Below, piece after piece: positions 31,194 to 39,646 of a stretch of 39,646 nucleotides of DNA. The notes beneath the pieces were generated by a model. The model had not been told where the DNA came from, did not search any database, and saw nothing but the letters and a program-made list of their open reading frames with translations. The stretch is from Sedimentisphaerales bacterium (GTDB lineage: Bacteria > Planctomycetota > Phycisphaerae > Sedimentisphaerales > SM23-30): NCBI GenBank assembly GCA_016933395.1, contig JAFGBA010000252.1, positions 1-39,646 on the forward strand, given 5' to 3'. The stretch's first letter is position 1. Every line of letters begins with the position of its first letter. The translations under genes were made by a program, and so were the position numbers.

Positions 31194-32624
31194 TTGTCGT
31201 CCCCCTATCAGGCAACAGGTAATCGTGTCCTGTTCTGGGCCGATGCAGGTTGCCGGCGTCGCTGTGACGCGTTCTTTGCGGGTCTGTCCGACCGCGTCGA
31301 AACGGTAGATAATCTGAGTCGTACCGAGTCGGATGCGAAGGCACAACCGCCTGCGGTTTTGCTGGTCGCTGGAAATATACCCACGAAGAATCCGAATACG
31401 CCGACGCCGGAACTTATCGAATCCTTGCAGCGGTTCCGTCAGAACAATCCGGCCTGTTATATCATCTATCTGGCCGAGGGCGACCTATCCGTACATCAAA
31501 CCTGTAGCCTGATAAACGCCGGGGTAAATGCCATTATCAATTGTCAATTGCCAGACGCCCCCCAGCGACTTGATGAACATCTCGGCCAAGGCCTACTTTG
31601 GCGCCGGCAGCAACAAAAAGATAAATCCCTCAATTTTGACGACCATCAGCTCATTGGCCGGAGCGAAATTTTCCAGCGGGTGATCGCCCAGGCTCATCGC
31701 GCTGCGCTGGTTTCAGACGCCCCCGTCCTTATCTATGGCGAATCCGGCACCGGCAAACAACGTCTGGCGGAACTGATTCACCAATTTGACGAAAAACGGT
31801 CCACATATCCCTTGGTTTGCGTAAATTGTGCAGCAATCACGGGTTCTTTGGCCGAAAGTGAGCTTTTCGGGCACTGCAAAGGAGCCTTTACGGGGGCTAC
31901 CCACGACCGGCCGGGATATCTCCGTTCCGCCCACCAGGGGACGGTCATGCTCGATGAAGTCAGCGAACTCACCCCCGGCCTGCAATCCAAGCTGTTGCGG
32001 TTTCTCCAGGAAAATCTGGTCCGCCCGGTTGGTAGTGATCGTGAATTCACTGTTGATGTCCGTATCATTGCCGCCACTAATCGCCGTCTTGACCAAATGG
32101 TCGCCGACGGCAAATTCCGTCTGGATCTATACCATCGTCTCAATGTCATTTACCTGGAAACGCCCCCTCTTCGCCAGCGCACCGAAGATATTCCTATTTT
32201 GTTTAAGGCTTTTCTTCGCAAATATGCACACTATTGTCGGGAATCCATCGAAGATGTTGATCCCGTCGTGTATGACATTATCCGCCGTAACCTTGGCCGG
32301 GGCAATATCCGCGAACTCGAAAATATCGTCCGCCAGACCCTCGCCTTCAAGGATCACGGCCGACGCATTGAACCGACCGACCTGCCCGGCCACCTGCTCC
32401 GGCGGCCGGAACATGATTTATCTTCCCCTGCGGTGATCCCCGACGATCTCATTGACCAGCTTGCCCAGGGCAGCCGACGGCTTCACGACGCCGTCAACGA
32501 TTTCGAAAAAACGATGCTTGCCCGCCTTATCAAACGCTGTCCCAATCGCCAGCAACTCGCCCAACGCCTCGGTATTACCCGCCGCACGCTCTACAACAAA
32601 CTCCGCCAGTATCACCTTGACTAA
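31194..32624 (+). CDS. Sigma-54-dependent enhancer-binding protein (AAA+ domain, Fis-type HTH)
   Basis: GESGTGKQ, ESELFGH.KGAFTGA, LDEV, R.DLYHRL, GNIRELEN, LGITRRTLYNKL. Confidence 0.95.
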   Translation: MSSPYQATGNRVLFWADAGCRRRCDAFFAGLSDRVETVDNLSRTESDAKAQPPAVLLVAGNIPTKNPNTPTPELIESLQRFRQNNPACYIIYLAEGDLSVHQTCSLINAGVNAIINCQLPDAPQRLDEHLGQGLLWRRQQQKDKSLNFDDHQLIGRSEIFQRVIAQAHRAALVSDAPVLIYGESGTGKQRLAELIHQFDEKRSTYPLVCVNCAAITGSLAESELFGHCKGAFTGATHDRPGYLRSAHQGTVMLDEVSELTPGLQSKLLRFLQENLVRPVGSDREFTVDVRIIAATNRRLDQMVADGKFRLDLYHRLNVIYLETPPLRQRTEDIPILFKAFLRKYAHYCRESIEDVDPVVYDIIRRNLGRGNIRELENIVRQTLAFKDHGRRIEPTDLPGHLLRRPEHDLSSPAVIPDDLIDQLAQGSRRLHDAVNDFEKTMLARLIKRCPNRQQLAQRLGITRRTLYNKLRQYHLD

Positions 32625-32669
32625 CCCCTCGCACCGCAAGACGAAATTGGTAATTTTTCTTGTCTTTAT

Positions 32670-32833
32670 TAGTAAAGTACGCTTTACTAGTGAACGATAC
32701 TGGTAACAGACCTGTAACTAGTTCCTGTTGCGGAAGACGCATTTCATAACGCGGGCGGGTTGCCCGCAAGTGTTTTTCGCGTAAAAACGTAGTTGGCGAT
32801 TCGAAGATGCGCGGGCAGGATGCCCGCGTCACG
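32670..32833. repeat. Cluster of palindromes including two REP-like copies
   Basis: tagtaaag-tacg-ctttacta (32670), gcgggc-gggtt-gcccgc (32751), cgcgggcaggatgcccgcgtcacg (32810). Confidence 0.7.
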
Positions 32834-32887
32834 TTTGGGCAACACACTCTAAAGCTTGAACTCCAAACGGATTTTCGGCAATAATAA

Positions 32888-33760
32888 CTAGCCATTCATT
32901 TCAGCGCGGAATTTTTTGACGAAACCGACAGGTTTGTAGCTCATTTTGGCCTGGCGGAGGCCGGGATCGCCGAGGTCCTGTTCGCGGTTAACGGTTTCAT
33001 ATTTTTCGGGCAGGAGGTTGACAAACGTCTGGTTGACGAACTGGTAGATGCCCTTGAAAGTATCGGGGGAGACGGCTTTTTCGAATTTGACCAGAAAGGT
33101 GCGGCCGCGATTGATTTCCTCGCCCATGGCGAAGGCGACAGGCCCCTTGTCGATGTAGTAAATCCAGCCGCAAAGCCGGAGTTCCTCGGCTTTTTCGACG
33201 GCTTCGCGGGCGGCGGAATAGTCACCGCTGATATCCCGGGCGGCGGACCAGGCGTCGAGAACATGCAGGGCGTCATGGCGGAATTCGGGCAGAAGCGCTC
33301 TGCCGGCGGCTTCAAAGGTGTTGACGAATTTATTCACCAGATTTTTTTTACTGTGATACTTATTGCCGCGGAGTTCGGCCAGAGCCTGGCGGGAATAGAG
33401 GTAATCGAAGTCGTCGCGGTTCTCCCAGACATGATAACCCCTGGAAGCAATTTGTTGCGCCTGATCGGGGGCAATAGCCTTGAGCTGATGGAATTTTGAG
33501 AATAACTCATCAAGCAGTTTCTTTTCCGGCAGTTCGAAGGGCAGCATAAAAACAGGTTGCTCACGGTCGCGGCCCACGAATACGTAATTATCTTCACCAA
33601 TGCGGGCGATGCGATGATCGTGCTGGTCGTTATGGCGATAAAGGAACATGTTCGAGAAGGTCATCTCGCTGAGGCCGCGGTCATAGCGTTGGAAAAGCGC
33701 GTGAAGCGCGGGTCGTTGATCGAGAGTGATTTCGCAGAATTCAGGGTAATCCGTAATCAT
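32888..33760 (-). CDS. DUF2156 (PG-lysyltransferase/GNAT-like) protein
   Basis: SEMTFSN, RDDFDYLY, L.GNKYHSKKN, FEKA, VNREQDLGDPGLRQAKMSYKP. Confidence 0.88.
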   Translation of the reverse strand: MITDYPEFCEITLDQRPALHALFQRYDRGLSEMTFSNMFLYRHNDQHDHRIARIGEDNYVFVGRDREQPVFMLPFELPEKKLLDELFSKFHQLKAIAPDQAQQIASRGYHVWENRDDFDYLYSRQALAELRGNKYHSKKNLVNKFVNTFEAAGRALLPEFRHDALHVLDAWSAARDISGDYSAAREAVEKAEELRLCGWIYYIDKGPVAFAMGEEINRGRTFLVKFEKAVSPDTFKGIYQFVNQTFVNLLPEKYETVNREQDLGDPGLRQAKMSYKPVGFVKKFRAEMNG

Positions 33761-33784
33761 AATGCACTCATATATCGGCGGCCG

Positions 33785-34846
33785 TTAAAGCCAGCGTTTG
33801 CGTTTGAAGAGAATAAGCATGATAATCGCGGCGACGCCCATGACGATCCAGACGGCCGGATAGCCCCAGCGCCAGGAGAGTTCGGGCATGTGTTGAAAGT
33901 TCATGCCATAAACGCCGGCGATGAAGGTGAGAGGAATGAAGATGGTGGCGATGATGGTAAGCACTTTCATGACGGCGTTCATGCGGTTGCTGATGCCGGT
34001 TAGATAGATGTCGAGCAGGCCGGCGGTCATTTCGCGATAGGTTTCGACAATATCTACAATCTGGACGATGTGGTCATACACGTCCTTGAGGAAGGTGCGC
34101 GTGGCGGGGGTGATAAGCGGCGAATCATCCTCCCGCAAGAGATTATTCACCAGTTCGCGGACGGGCCAGATAGCGCGACGGATGAAAAGGGTTTCACGTT
34201 TGAGATGATGAATCAGGTTGAGAAAATCAGGATCGGGATTGCGGGCGACTTCTTCCTGCAAGGCTTCGATGCGATCGCCGATTTTTTCCAGCGTAAGGAA
34301 GTAACTATCGACGAGAGCGTCGAGTAAGGTGTAAAAAAGGTAGTCGGGACCGAGCTTACGAATACGGCCTTTATTTTGGCGGATGCGGTCACGGATGGGA
34401 TCGAAGACATCGCCGGGGGCTTCCTGGAATGTAAGCACCCAACGATCGGTGAGGATCAGGCTGATTTGCTCACTTTGAATATAGTCATTTTCGGGTCGGA
34501 GCATTTGGAGAACCGCGTAGATATACCGGTCGTCGAGTTCCACCTTGGCGCGCTGGTCGGTGTGGAGGATGTCTTCCAAAACCAGCGGATGCAGATCGAA
34601 ACGCTGACCGATGGTTTCGATGACGCCGACATCGTGGAGACCGTCAATATTCAGCCAGGCGACGCCGGCAGCGGGATCGGCCAGCAGGTCGGGGGTAAGG
34701 GAAGGGGGCCGGAGGGCGTCGCAGACCGAGTCGGTATAGCGAATCGACTCAATATGGACATGCTCCACCTTGCGCTGACCGGTATGCACCAAGGCGCCCG
34801 GGGGCAGGCCAAGTTTGCGAACCTGTTTTTTCATTTGTCGGGCCAT
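33785..34846 (-). CDS. corA: Mg/Co transporter CorA
   Basis: GLPPG, LHPLVLEDI, YGMNF..MPEL, KRKRWL. Confidence 0.96.
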   Translation of the reverse strand: MARQMKKQVRKLGLPPGALVHTGQRKVEHVHIESIRYTDSVCDALRPPSLTPDLLADPAAGVAWLNIDGLHDVGVIETIGQRFDLHPLVLEDILHTDQRAKVELDDRYIYAVLQMLRPENDYIQSEQISLILTDRWVLTFQEAPGDVFDPIRDRIRQNKGRIRKLGPDYLFYTLLDALVDSYFLTLEKIGDRIEALQEEVARNPDPDFLNLIHHLKRETLFIRRAIWPVRELVNNLLREDDSPLITPATRTFLKDVYDHIVQIVDIVETYREMTAGLLDIYLTGISNRMNAVMKVLTIIATIFIPLTFIAGVYGMNFQHMPELSWRWGYPAVWIVMGVAAIIMLILFKRKRWL

Positions 34847-35081
34847 GTTGTTCCGGAGGTCGGAATGAAATAATTCTCGCCACGGGTAAATTTACCCGAA
34901 TGTCGTTACCTTGGCCAAGGTTTTCAACATTTTTCGGAAGAATAAATCAAGTGCAGGCCGCCTTTGCTTCCAACATAAGACCTTGATATAAAAGAAGTTA
35001 TATATTTAGAATGTAAGTATTAAAAAGCACCAAAATCTACCGGCCAAAGGGCAGGCGAGACGATAATGATTGAAATGACGG

Positions 35082-35110
35082 TTGAAGCGGAGGAAAGAGG
35101 CGGATAGAAT
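35082..35110 (+). promoter_or_regulatory. Putative sigma-70 promoter
   Basis: TTGAAG-N17-TAGAAT. Confidence 0.55.
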
Positions 35111-35165
35111 GCCGTTTTATAAAGACTTAGGTAACACAAAGTTGTTCAGCTCGTAGTTAAAGTTT

Positions 35166-36134
35166 ATGAAGTCGAATCGTTATTACGCTGTTGTCTGGGT
35201 GACATTAACCGCGGCGTTGCTGGCGGGGTGCGGCAACGGGCAATTGCATTCCCGACCGGTGTTTACGCCGGGGCAAACCTGGTCGAATCAGGTGACGATG
35301 AAAACCTGGATGGTTTTGCCAATCGGCATTCGCGATGCGGATACGCGAGACACGGCTTTTCGTTTGGACTGCAAGGTGCGCGAGGTGGATACGGATAAAC
35401 GGGCGCATATCGAGGTGACGATTGCGGAAATCACCGCGGCGATGCATAGCCTGAGCGTGAAATATGATTATGACAGCAAAAAGGACCTTGGTCCTTCAGC
35501 AAATAATTCGAGCGATAAAAACACCCAGCGAGGAGAAGGTTTCTCCCGGACGTTCCGGGAATTGGTGGGCCAAAGTTACACGGTGGTGGTTTATCCGGAC
35601 GGGCGGGCGGAACTGGGGAAACTGAGTGAATTGTTGCAAGCGGCGTCGGTGCGGACGAATGGCGATAATTTCGGCGGGGAACAGGCGGCGGTGGCGTTTT
35701 ACGAGGAGTACCTGACGGATTATGTCGCGGGGGATATGTTCCCGGGGCGCAAGGCGGAGGCGTTTGAGCCTAATCAGGTTTGGACGGGGCGGATGACGGC
35801 AAGATCACCGATGACGCCGCCGATTGCCGTGGTGAAGACATTCAACGTGGAAAGCGTCGATCGCGGTGAAGGGATGGCGAAGGCGGTGGTTTCATACAAG
35901 CTGGGCGATGATACAGAGACCCTGACGCCCCAGGCGAAAGGGAGTATGCAAGCCGTAAAAACCATCGGAGAAGGAACAGTGGTGTATGATCTGCGCCAGG
36001 GGCGAATGGTTAGCAAGGAAGACAAGATGCGGGTGCAGGTGCAAACCCTGGATCGTCGGCGACCAGAAAGTGAGCGGGCGCAAAAGAACAAGATTTTCTA
36101 TGTAATGACGCGGAACGTGGTTCCCGTCGAATAA
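35166..36134 (+). CDS. Lipoprotein, possibly DUF6263-like
   Basis: Lipobox LLAGC; beta-rich sequence; YDSKK; G.V.YDL..G. Confidence 0.75.
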   Translation: MKSNRYYAVVWVTLTAALLAGCGNGQLHSRPVFTPGQTWSNQVTMKTWMVLPIGIRDADTRDTAFRLDCKVREVDTDKRAHIEVTIAEITAAMHSLSVKYDYDSKKDLGPSANNSSDKNTQRGEGFSRTFRELVGQSYTVVVYPDGRAELGKLSELLQAASVRTNGDNFGGEQAAVAFYEEYLTDYVAGDMFPGRKAEAFEPNQVWTGRMTARSPMTPPIAVVKTFNVESVDRGEGMAKAVVSYKLGDDTETLTPQAKGSMQAVKTIGEGTVVYDLRQGRMVSKEDKMRVQVQTLDRRRPESERAQKNKIFYVMTRNVVPVE

Positions 36135-36141
36135 TATTGGA

Positions 36142-36343
36142 AGAATCCGGAAGTCAGAACCCGGAAGTCAGAATAAACAAAGTAAAAAGTGTTTGGCCAC
36201 AGATTACACTGATGATCGCAAGTAAAGAGAGATTCTTCGCTGCGCTCAGAATGACAAGTACAGGATTTTAGAAGAATTGGATCCGTGTTTATCGGTGAAA
36301 TCAGCGGCAAAAGAAAATTGCGTGGGTCAGAGACCCACCCTAC
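36142..36343. repeat. Composite intergenic repeat region (heptamers, inverted nonamer arms, two REP-like elements)
   Basis: agaatcc ggaagtc agaaccc ggaagtc; gccacagattacactgat / atcggtgaaatcagcggc; gattcttcgctgcgctcagaatgac; gtgggtc-aga-gacccac-cctac. Confidence 0.75.
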
Positions 36344-36363
36344 AAACTATGGAGAATGGATCA

Positions 36364-37332
36364 ATGAAACGTAGCATGGCAGTTTGGGTTGTAGTGTTGG
36401 CGGGATTGGCGGTAAGTATGGGGTGCCAGAGCGCACCGGTGTGTAAATACCATGTGGGCGACGTGGACACCGTGAGCTATACGCAAAAAAGCGTATACAA
36501 GAACTGGGTGGAGATGCCGGGCAAGGACAAAGACCAGGTGCGGATGCGCACGACGGAGTACACCGTAGTGCTGCGGCGCGAGGTGGAATCGGTGGGCATT
36601 GACGGTTCCGCGGTGATGAATGCGACTTTTGAGCAGGTGAAGTTCGATCTGAATATAGATTTTCCGGACAAGGACACGCATGAGTATTACCTGAGCACGC
36701 CGGACAAGACCGAATCAAGCCGAGGCGGGGAAGCCATGCTGGGCGGCCGGAGTTTCAAGGTTCGAGTAGCGCCGGACACCACGGTTCTGGAGATAATGGG
36801 CCGGGATGCATTACTGGAACAACTGGGCTTGAGTGATAAAAGCACGGGCACGGCGATGTTTTTCGTGTCGGAGGAACAGCTTAAAAAATACCTCGAACGG
36901 GACCTGATTCAAAACGCCCCCGGTATGAGCAGCAGGAAGGTTATGCAACCAATTCCCGATTCGATGGTGAAAGCCAAGGCCGTGGAAATGACATACAAGA
37001 CCGCTCCGGCCATCGGCGACGTGGTGACGATTCAGGCAACGGGCGAAGCGATATTTGTGGTTCCCAAAGGGATGACGGAGCCGGAGCCGCCGGCGGTTTT
37101 CGGTCAAAAACTGATTTTTGATAACAGCGACATGCAGGAGTTCGCCCTGGAAGGCTCCGCACGATTCGACCTGGCCGCGGGCAAGGTATTGGAGGAAAAC
37201 AAATCGATGCGCTGCATGCTGGTGCTGCTGGAAGAAAACCTTTTCGGCGGCAAAGGCAAAGAAAAACCCGGCGGCGGTGGTGTGATGTTTACCGAAATAT
37301 TACGGTCCGAATCGTTTGCGCCGGTGCAATAA
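36364..37332 (+). CDS. Lipoprotein, distant paralog of 35166..36134
   Basis: GGAGA RBS, MKRSMAVWVVVLAGLAVSMGC lipobox; EVESVGIDGSA and G.ARFDL..G parallel the upstream gene; same length. Confidence 0.75.
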   Translation: MKRSMAVWVVVLAGLAVSMGCQSAPVCKYHVGDVDTVSYTQKSVYKNWVEMPGKDKDQVRMRTTEYTVVLRREVESVGIDGSAVMNATFEQVKFDLNIDFPDKDTHEYYLSTPDKTESSRGGEAMLGGRSFKVRVAPDTTVLEIMGRDALLEQLGLSDKSTGTAMFFVSEEQLKKYLERDLIQNAPGMSSRKVMQPIPDSMVKAKAVEMTYKTAPAIGDVVTIQATGEAIFVVPKGMTEPEPPAVFGQKLIFDNSDMQEFALEGSARFDLAAGKVLEENKSMRCMLVLLEENLFGGKGKEKPGGGGVMFTEILRSESFAPVQ

Positions 37333-37354
37333 TTCAAACGGGCAATGATGTATT

Positions 37355-37396
37355 ACCGCTCTGCTGAAGGTGTTTTTCAGGAGGGCGGTTTTTTTT
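37355..37396 (+). terminator. Intrinsic terminator
   Basis: accgctct-gctgaa...ttcagg-agggcggt followed by a T tract. Confidence 0.75.
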
Positions 37397-37431
37397 CAGC
37401 AGAGGATGAGGCCGGTGATGAGGCGAAGGGT

Positions 37432-37455
37432 CGCGGGCAAGACGCCCACGACACG
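37432..37455 (+). repeat. 24-bp REP-like copy
   Basis: cgcgggcaagacgcccacgacacg. Confidence 0.7.
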
Positions 37456-37472
37456 GATGGAAAGGTTTTGGC

Positions 37473-38549
37473 ATGACGGTTAATAACGGCAATCGGGTAA
37501 AAGCGACCGAGGCCGCGCCGCAGCGTGTGATCGAACTGGCTGAGCACGTGGGAGGTCAGGTCGTCGGCGATGAACTGTTGATAATCACCGGGGCGGCGAC
37601 GCTTTCGGACGCCGGGGAAGGAGATGTTAGTTTCCTGGCCAATCCCAAATATGAAAAGGAAATGCGCACCTCGGCGGCGTCCGCCATCGTAGTGGGTGAG
37701 AAAGTGGAATTGCAAGAGGATGGGCGGACCTATATCGTCTGCAAGGATCCTTATTATGCGTTCATGCAAATTGTGGTGAAGCTGCATGGCCACCGCGAAC
37801 ATCAGGCCATCGGCGTCAGTGCAAAAGCAAGCGTAGCGGAGACGGCGACGATTGAAGAGAAAGTGGACATCCATGACTTCGTGGTGATTTCCGACAAGGT
37901 GCATATCGGGGCCGGGACGGTGATTTATCCCAGTTGCGTCATCGGGCCGGGCAGCCGTATCGGGCGGGACTGTGTGTTGTATCCCAACGTGACGATTTAT
38001 GACGGCTGCACCATCGGCGACCGCGTGACGATTCACGCCGGGACGGTGGTGGGCCAGGACGGGTTCGGTTACGCCACGCATGAGGGTGTGCATCATAAGA
38101 TTCCCCAGATCGGCGGGGTGGTCATCGAAGATGATGTGGAAATCGGGGCGTGCTGCGCGATTGACCGGGGGACATTGGGCGATACGGTGATCGGGCGGGG
38201 CAGCAAGTTCAGCAATCTGATTGCTATCGGCCACAATACCAAAATCGGCCCATACAGTCTGCTGGTGGCCCAGGTGGGCATCGCCGGCAGCGTGACGGTG
38301 GGGCATCATTGCGTGTTCGGCGGGCAGGCGGGCGTGGTGGGACATATCACCATCGGCGACGGCGTCCAGGTGGGAGCGCAGGCGGGCGTGATTAACGAAA
38401 TTCCCGCCGGATCGAGCGTGGTGGGATCGCCGGCCATGCCGCTGACCCAGGCGAAACGTTCCATAACCATTATGAAAGATCTGCCCGAATTCCGTCGTAA
38501 ACTCCGCGACCTGGAAAAAGCGTTGCGACATTTACTCAAGGGATCATAA
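37473..38549 (+). CDS. lpxD: UDP-3-O-(3-hydroxyacyl)glucosamine N-acyltransferase
   Basis: [27 protein letters not shown]...IDRG, IGHN, hexapeptide repeats. Confidence 0.96.
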   Translation: MTVNNGNRVKATEAAPQRVIELAEHVGGQVVGDELLIITGAATLSDAGEGDVSFLANPKYEKEMRTSAASAIVVGEKVELQEDGRTYIVCKDPYYAFMQIVVKLHGHREHQAIGVSAKASVAETATIEEKVDIHDFVVISDKVHIGAGTVIYPSCVIGPGSRIGRDCVLYPNVTIYDGCTIGDRVTIHAGTVVGQDGFGYATHEGVHHKIPQIGGVVIEDDVEIGACCAIDRGTLGDTVIGRGSKFSNLIAIGHNTKIGPYSLLVAQVGIAGSVTVGHHCVFGGQAGVVGHITIGDGVQVGAQAGVINEIPAGSSVVGSPAMPLTQAKRSITIMKDLPEFRRKLRDLEKALRHLLKGS

Positions 38550-38636
38550 TTTTTAGTCACAATTTACTCTGATATCCACAGAGACGAAGTAAATCGCGCT
38601 AATAAATTGCATCGGCGCACATTAGAGGGATGAAAT

Positions 38637-39548
38637 ATGCCACGAGAGAACCTGCCGCAAAATTCCAAAAGATTTCCGATTATATTAATAGGAATACTCA
38701 TTATTTTTATTTCTCCGCTGATATTCTTCATATTTGATATTCAGTATGGTTTTTTCCTGGTGTTATTTCTTACAGGAGTGGTATTTGTCCTTATTGGCTT
38801 CATTTCGCGATCCATAATCAAAGAGATACTGCCGAAAAATTTGAAGGAAACGCCCTTAGAAAACAGTCTTGTGGAAAATATTTGGAAAGATTTAATACAG
38901 GAAAGTTCCGATCTTCCCTCACGTAACGACAAGCCCTACCAGCGACGAAAAGTTGTCAAGTGCGTTAAATATTCATTATATTGGTTAATTTTATCGCCGG
39001 TTGTGTTTGTTGCAGGATTTGCATTTTATATGCCGGGATTGGAAATATTTGGCAAAGGATTACAAATACTTGCACTTTGTCCGGCATTAACGTTTTTTGT
39101 CGGTATAATGATTGCTGTAGCCTTTATGATAATTCCGAACTATAAATGCGGTCCCAAGGATACATTCCTTGTTTTGGAAAAACCGTTAAAAGCCTTGAAG
39201 CAGGGTCCTGAAAAGGCAATTTCTACGGTTCGTGCATTGGACGAATTATCGCTCAATTTAGTACTTCCGGAACATCGCTATAGACTCGAGCAATATGTGA
39301 ACGCCATCCATAAGGAATTAAAGAAAAAAACGCAGGACCTTTCGTTCGGAATATCGAGTTTTATATGGGACAACACGGTGTATTGTGAGAAACGCATTGC
39401 CTGCGGATCGGTCAAGTTAATCAACACCATCAATAAATCAAAATTTGTGGAACTTAAATTGTTATCGGTTCAATCCGGCAGCAGGAACTGGTATTTTGCT
39501 GTTCCCGATCTGAACAATCCTGAGAAATGGATGCGTTTCAAAATTTAA
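38637..39548 (+). CDS. Hypothetical membrane protein (about 4 TM segments), AT-rich
   Basis: 303-aa ORF in AT-rich DNA, GAGGG RBS, two hydrophobic hairpins. Confidence 0.7.
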   Translation: MPRENLPQNSKRFPIILIGILIIFISPLIFFIFDIQYGFFLVLFLTGVVFVLIGFISRSIIKEILPKNLKETPLENSLVENIWKDLIQESSDLPSRNDKPYQRRKVVKCVKYSLYWLILSPVVFVAGFAFYMPGLEIFGKGLQILALCPALTFFVGIMIAVAFMIIPNYKCGPKDTFLVLEKPLKALKQGPEKAISTVRALDELSLNLVLPEHRYRLEQYVNAIHKELKKKTQDLSFGISSFIWDNTVYCEKRIACGSVKLINTINKSKFVELKLLSVQSGSRNWYFAVPDLNNPEKWMRFKI

Positions 39549-39646
39549 TTTATGAACTCTAGCCCAAGTTACGCAGTTAGAAGTTCGAAACAGCCTTCGC
39601 GATAGCGTCAAGGGCGATTTCTGGTAAAAGTCTTCACTACATTTGT

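Noticed and set aside
32575-32895. 106-aa minus-strand ORF overlapping the DUF2156 stop
   Set aside because: It is translated from palindromic repeats, overlaps the activator 3' end and has no RBS or domain signal.
36277-36363. Upstream extension of the second lipoprotein, and similar extensions of carB, larE, mlaF, HPr, rng and the PEP-CTERM ORFs
   Set aside because: Downstream starts have better RBSs or coupling and give canonical N-termini.
39590-39620. Weak hairpin after the last ORF as a terminator
   Set aside because: The stem is imperfect and the U tract is short.

Overview
A gene-dense bacterial chromosomal segment. Gene content (dockerin-bearing beta-helix protein, PEP-CTERM proteins, DUF2961 hydrolase, HGQDARxT-type palindromic repeats) suggests a Planctomycetota host, probably Phycisphaerae; this is inference. 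Housekeeping blocks: panB-htrA-lon-GH172 (minus), aroF, mlaEFD, carB-larE, a DUF502-hpf-ptsN-ptsH-ptsI-DUF2344-rne/rng operon, corA-DUF2156 and lpxD. Accessory content: a four-gene PEP-CTERM/dockerin surface-protein cluster (17.9-23.6 kb), an exosortase-type polysaccharide deacetylase lacking its catalytic residues, a sigma-54 activator with a non-canonical receiver-like domain, a Gln-rich secreted repeat protein, two tandem lipoproteins and an AT-rich membrane ORF. The most unusual signals are mostly non-coding: a ~90-nt promoter-hairpin-terminator leader before two PEP-CTERM genes whose hairpin motif recurs in the neighbouring leader; a recurring 25-bp TAA-N4-TT-N7-AA-N4-TTA palindrome near sigma-54-like promoters; and several short repeat families, two apparently recruited into coding sequence. 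No rRNA, tRNA, CRISPR array or transposase was recognised. Family assignments rest on remembered motifs, not HMM searches.
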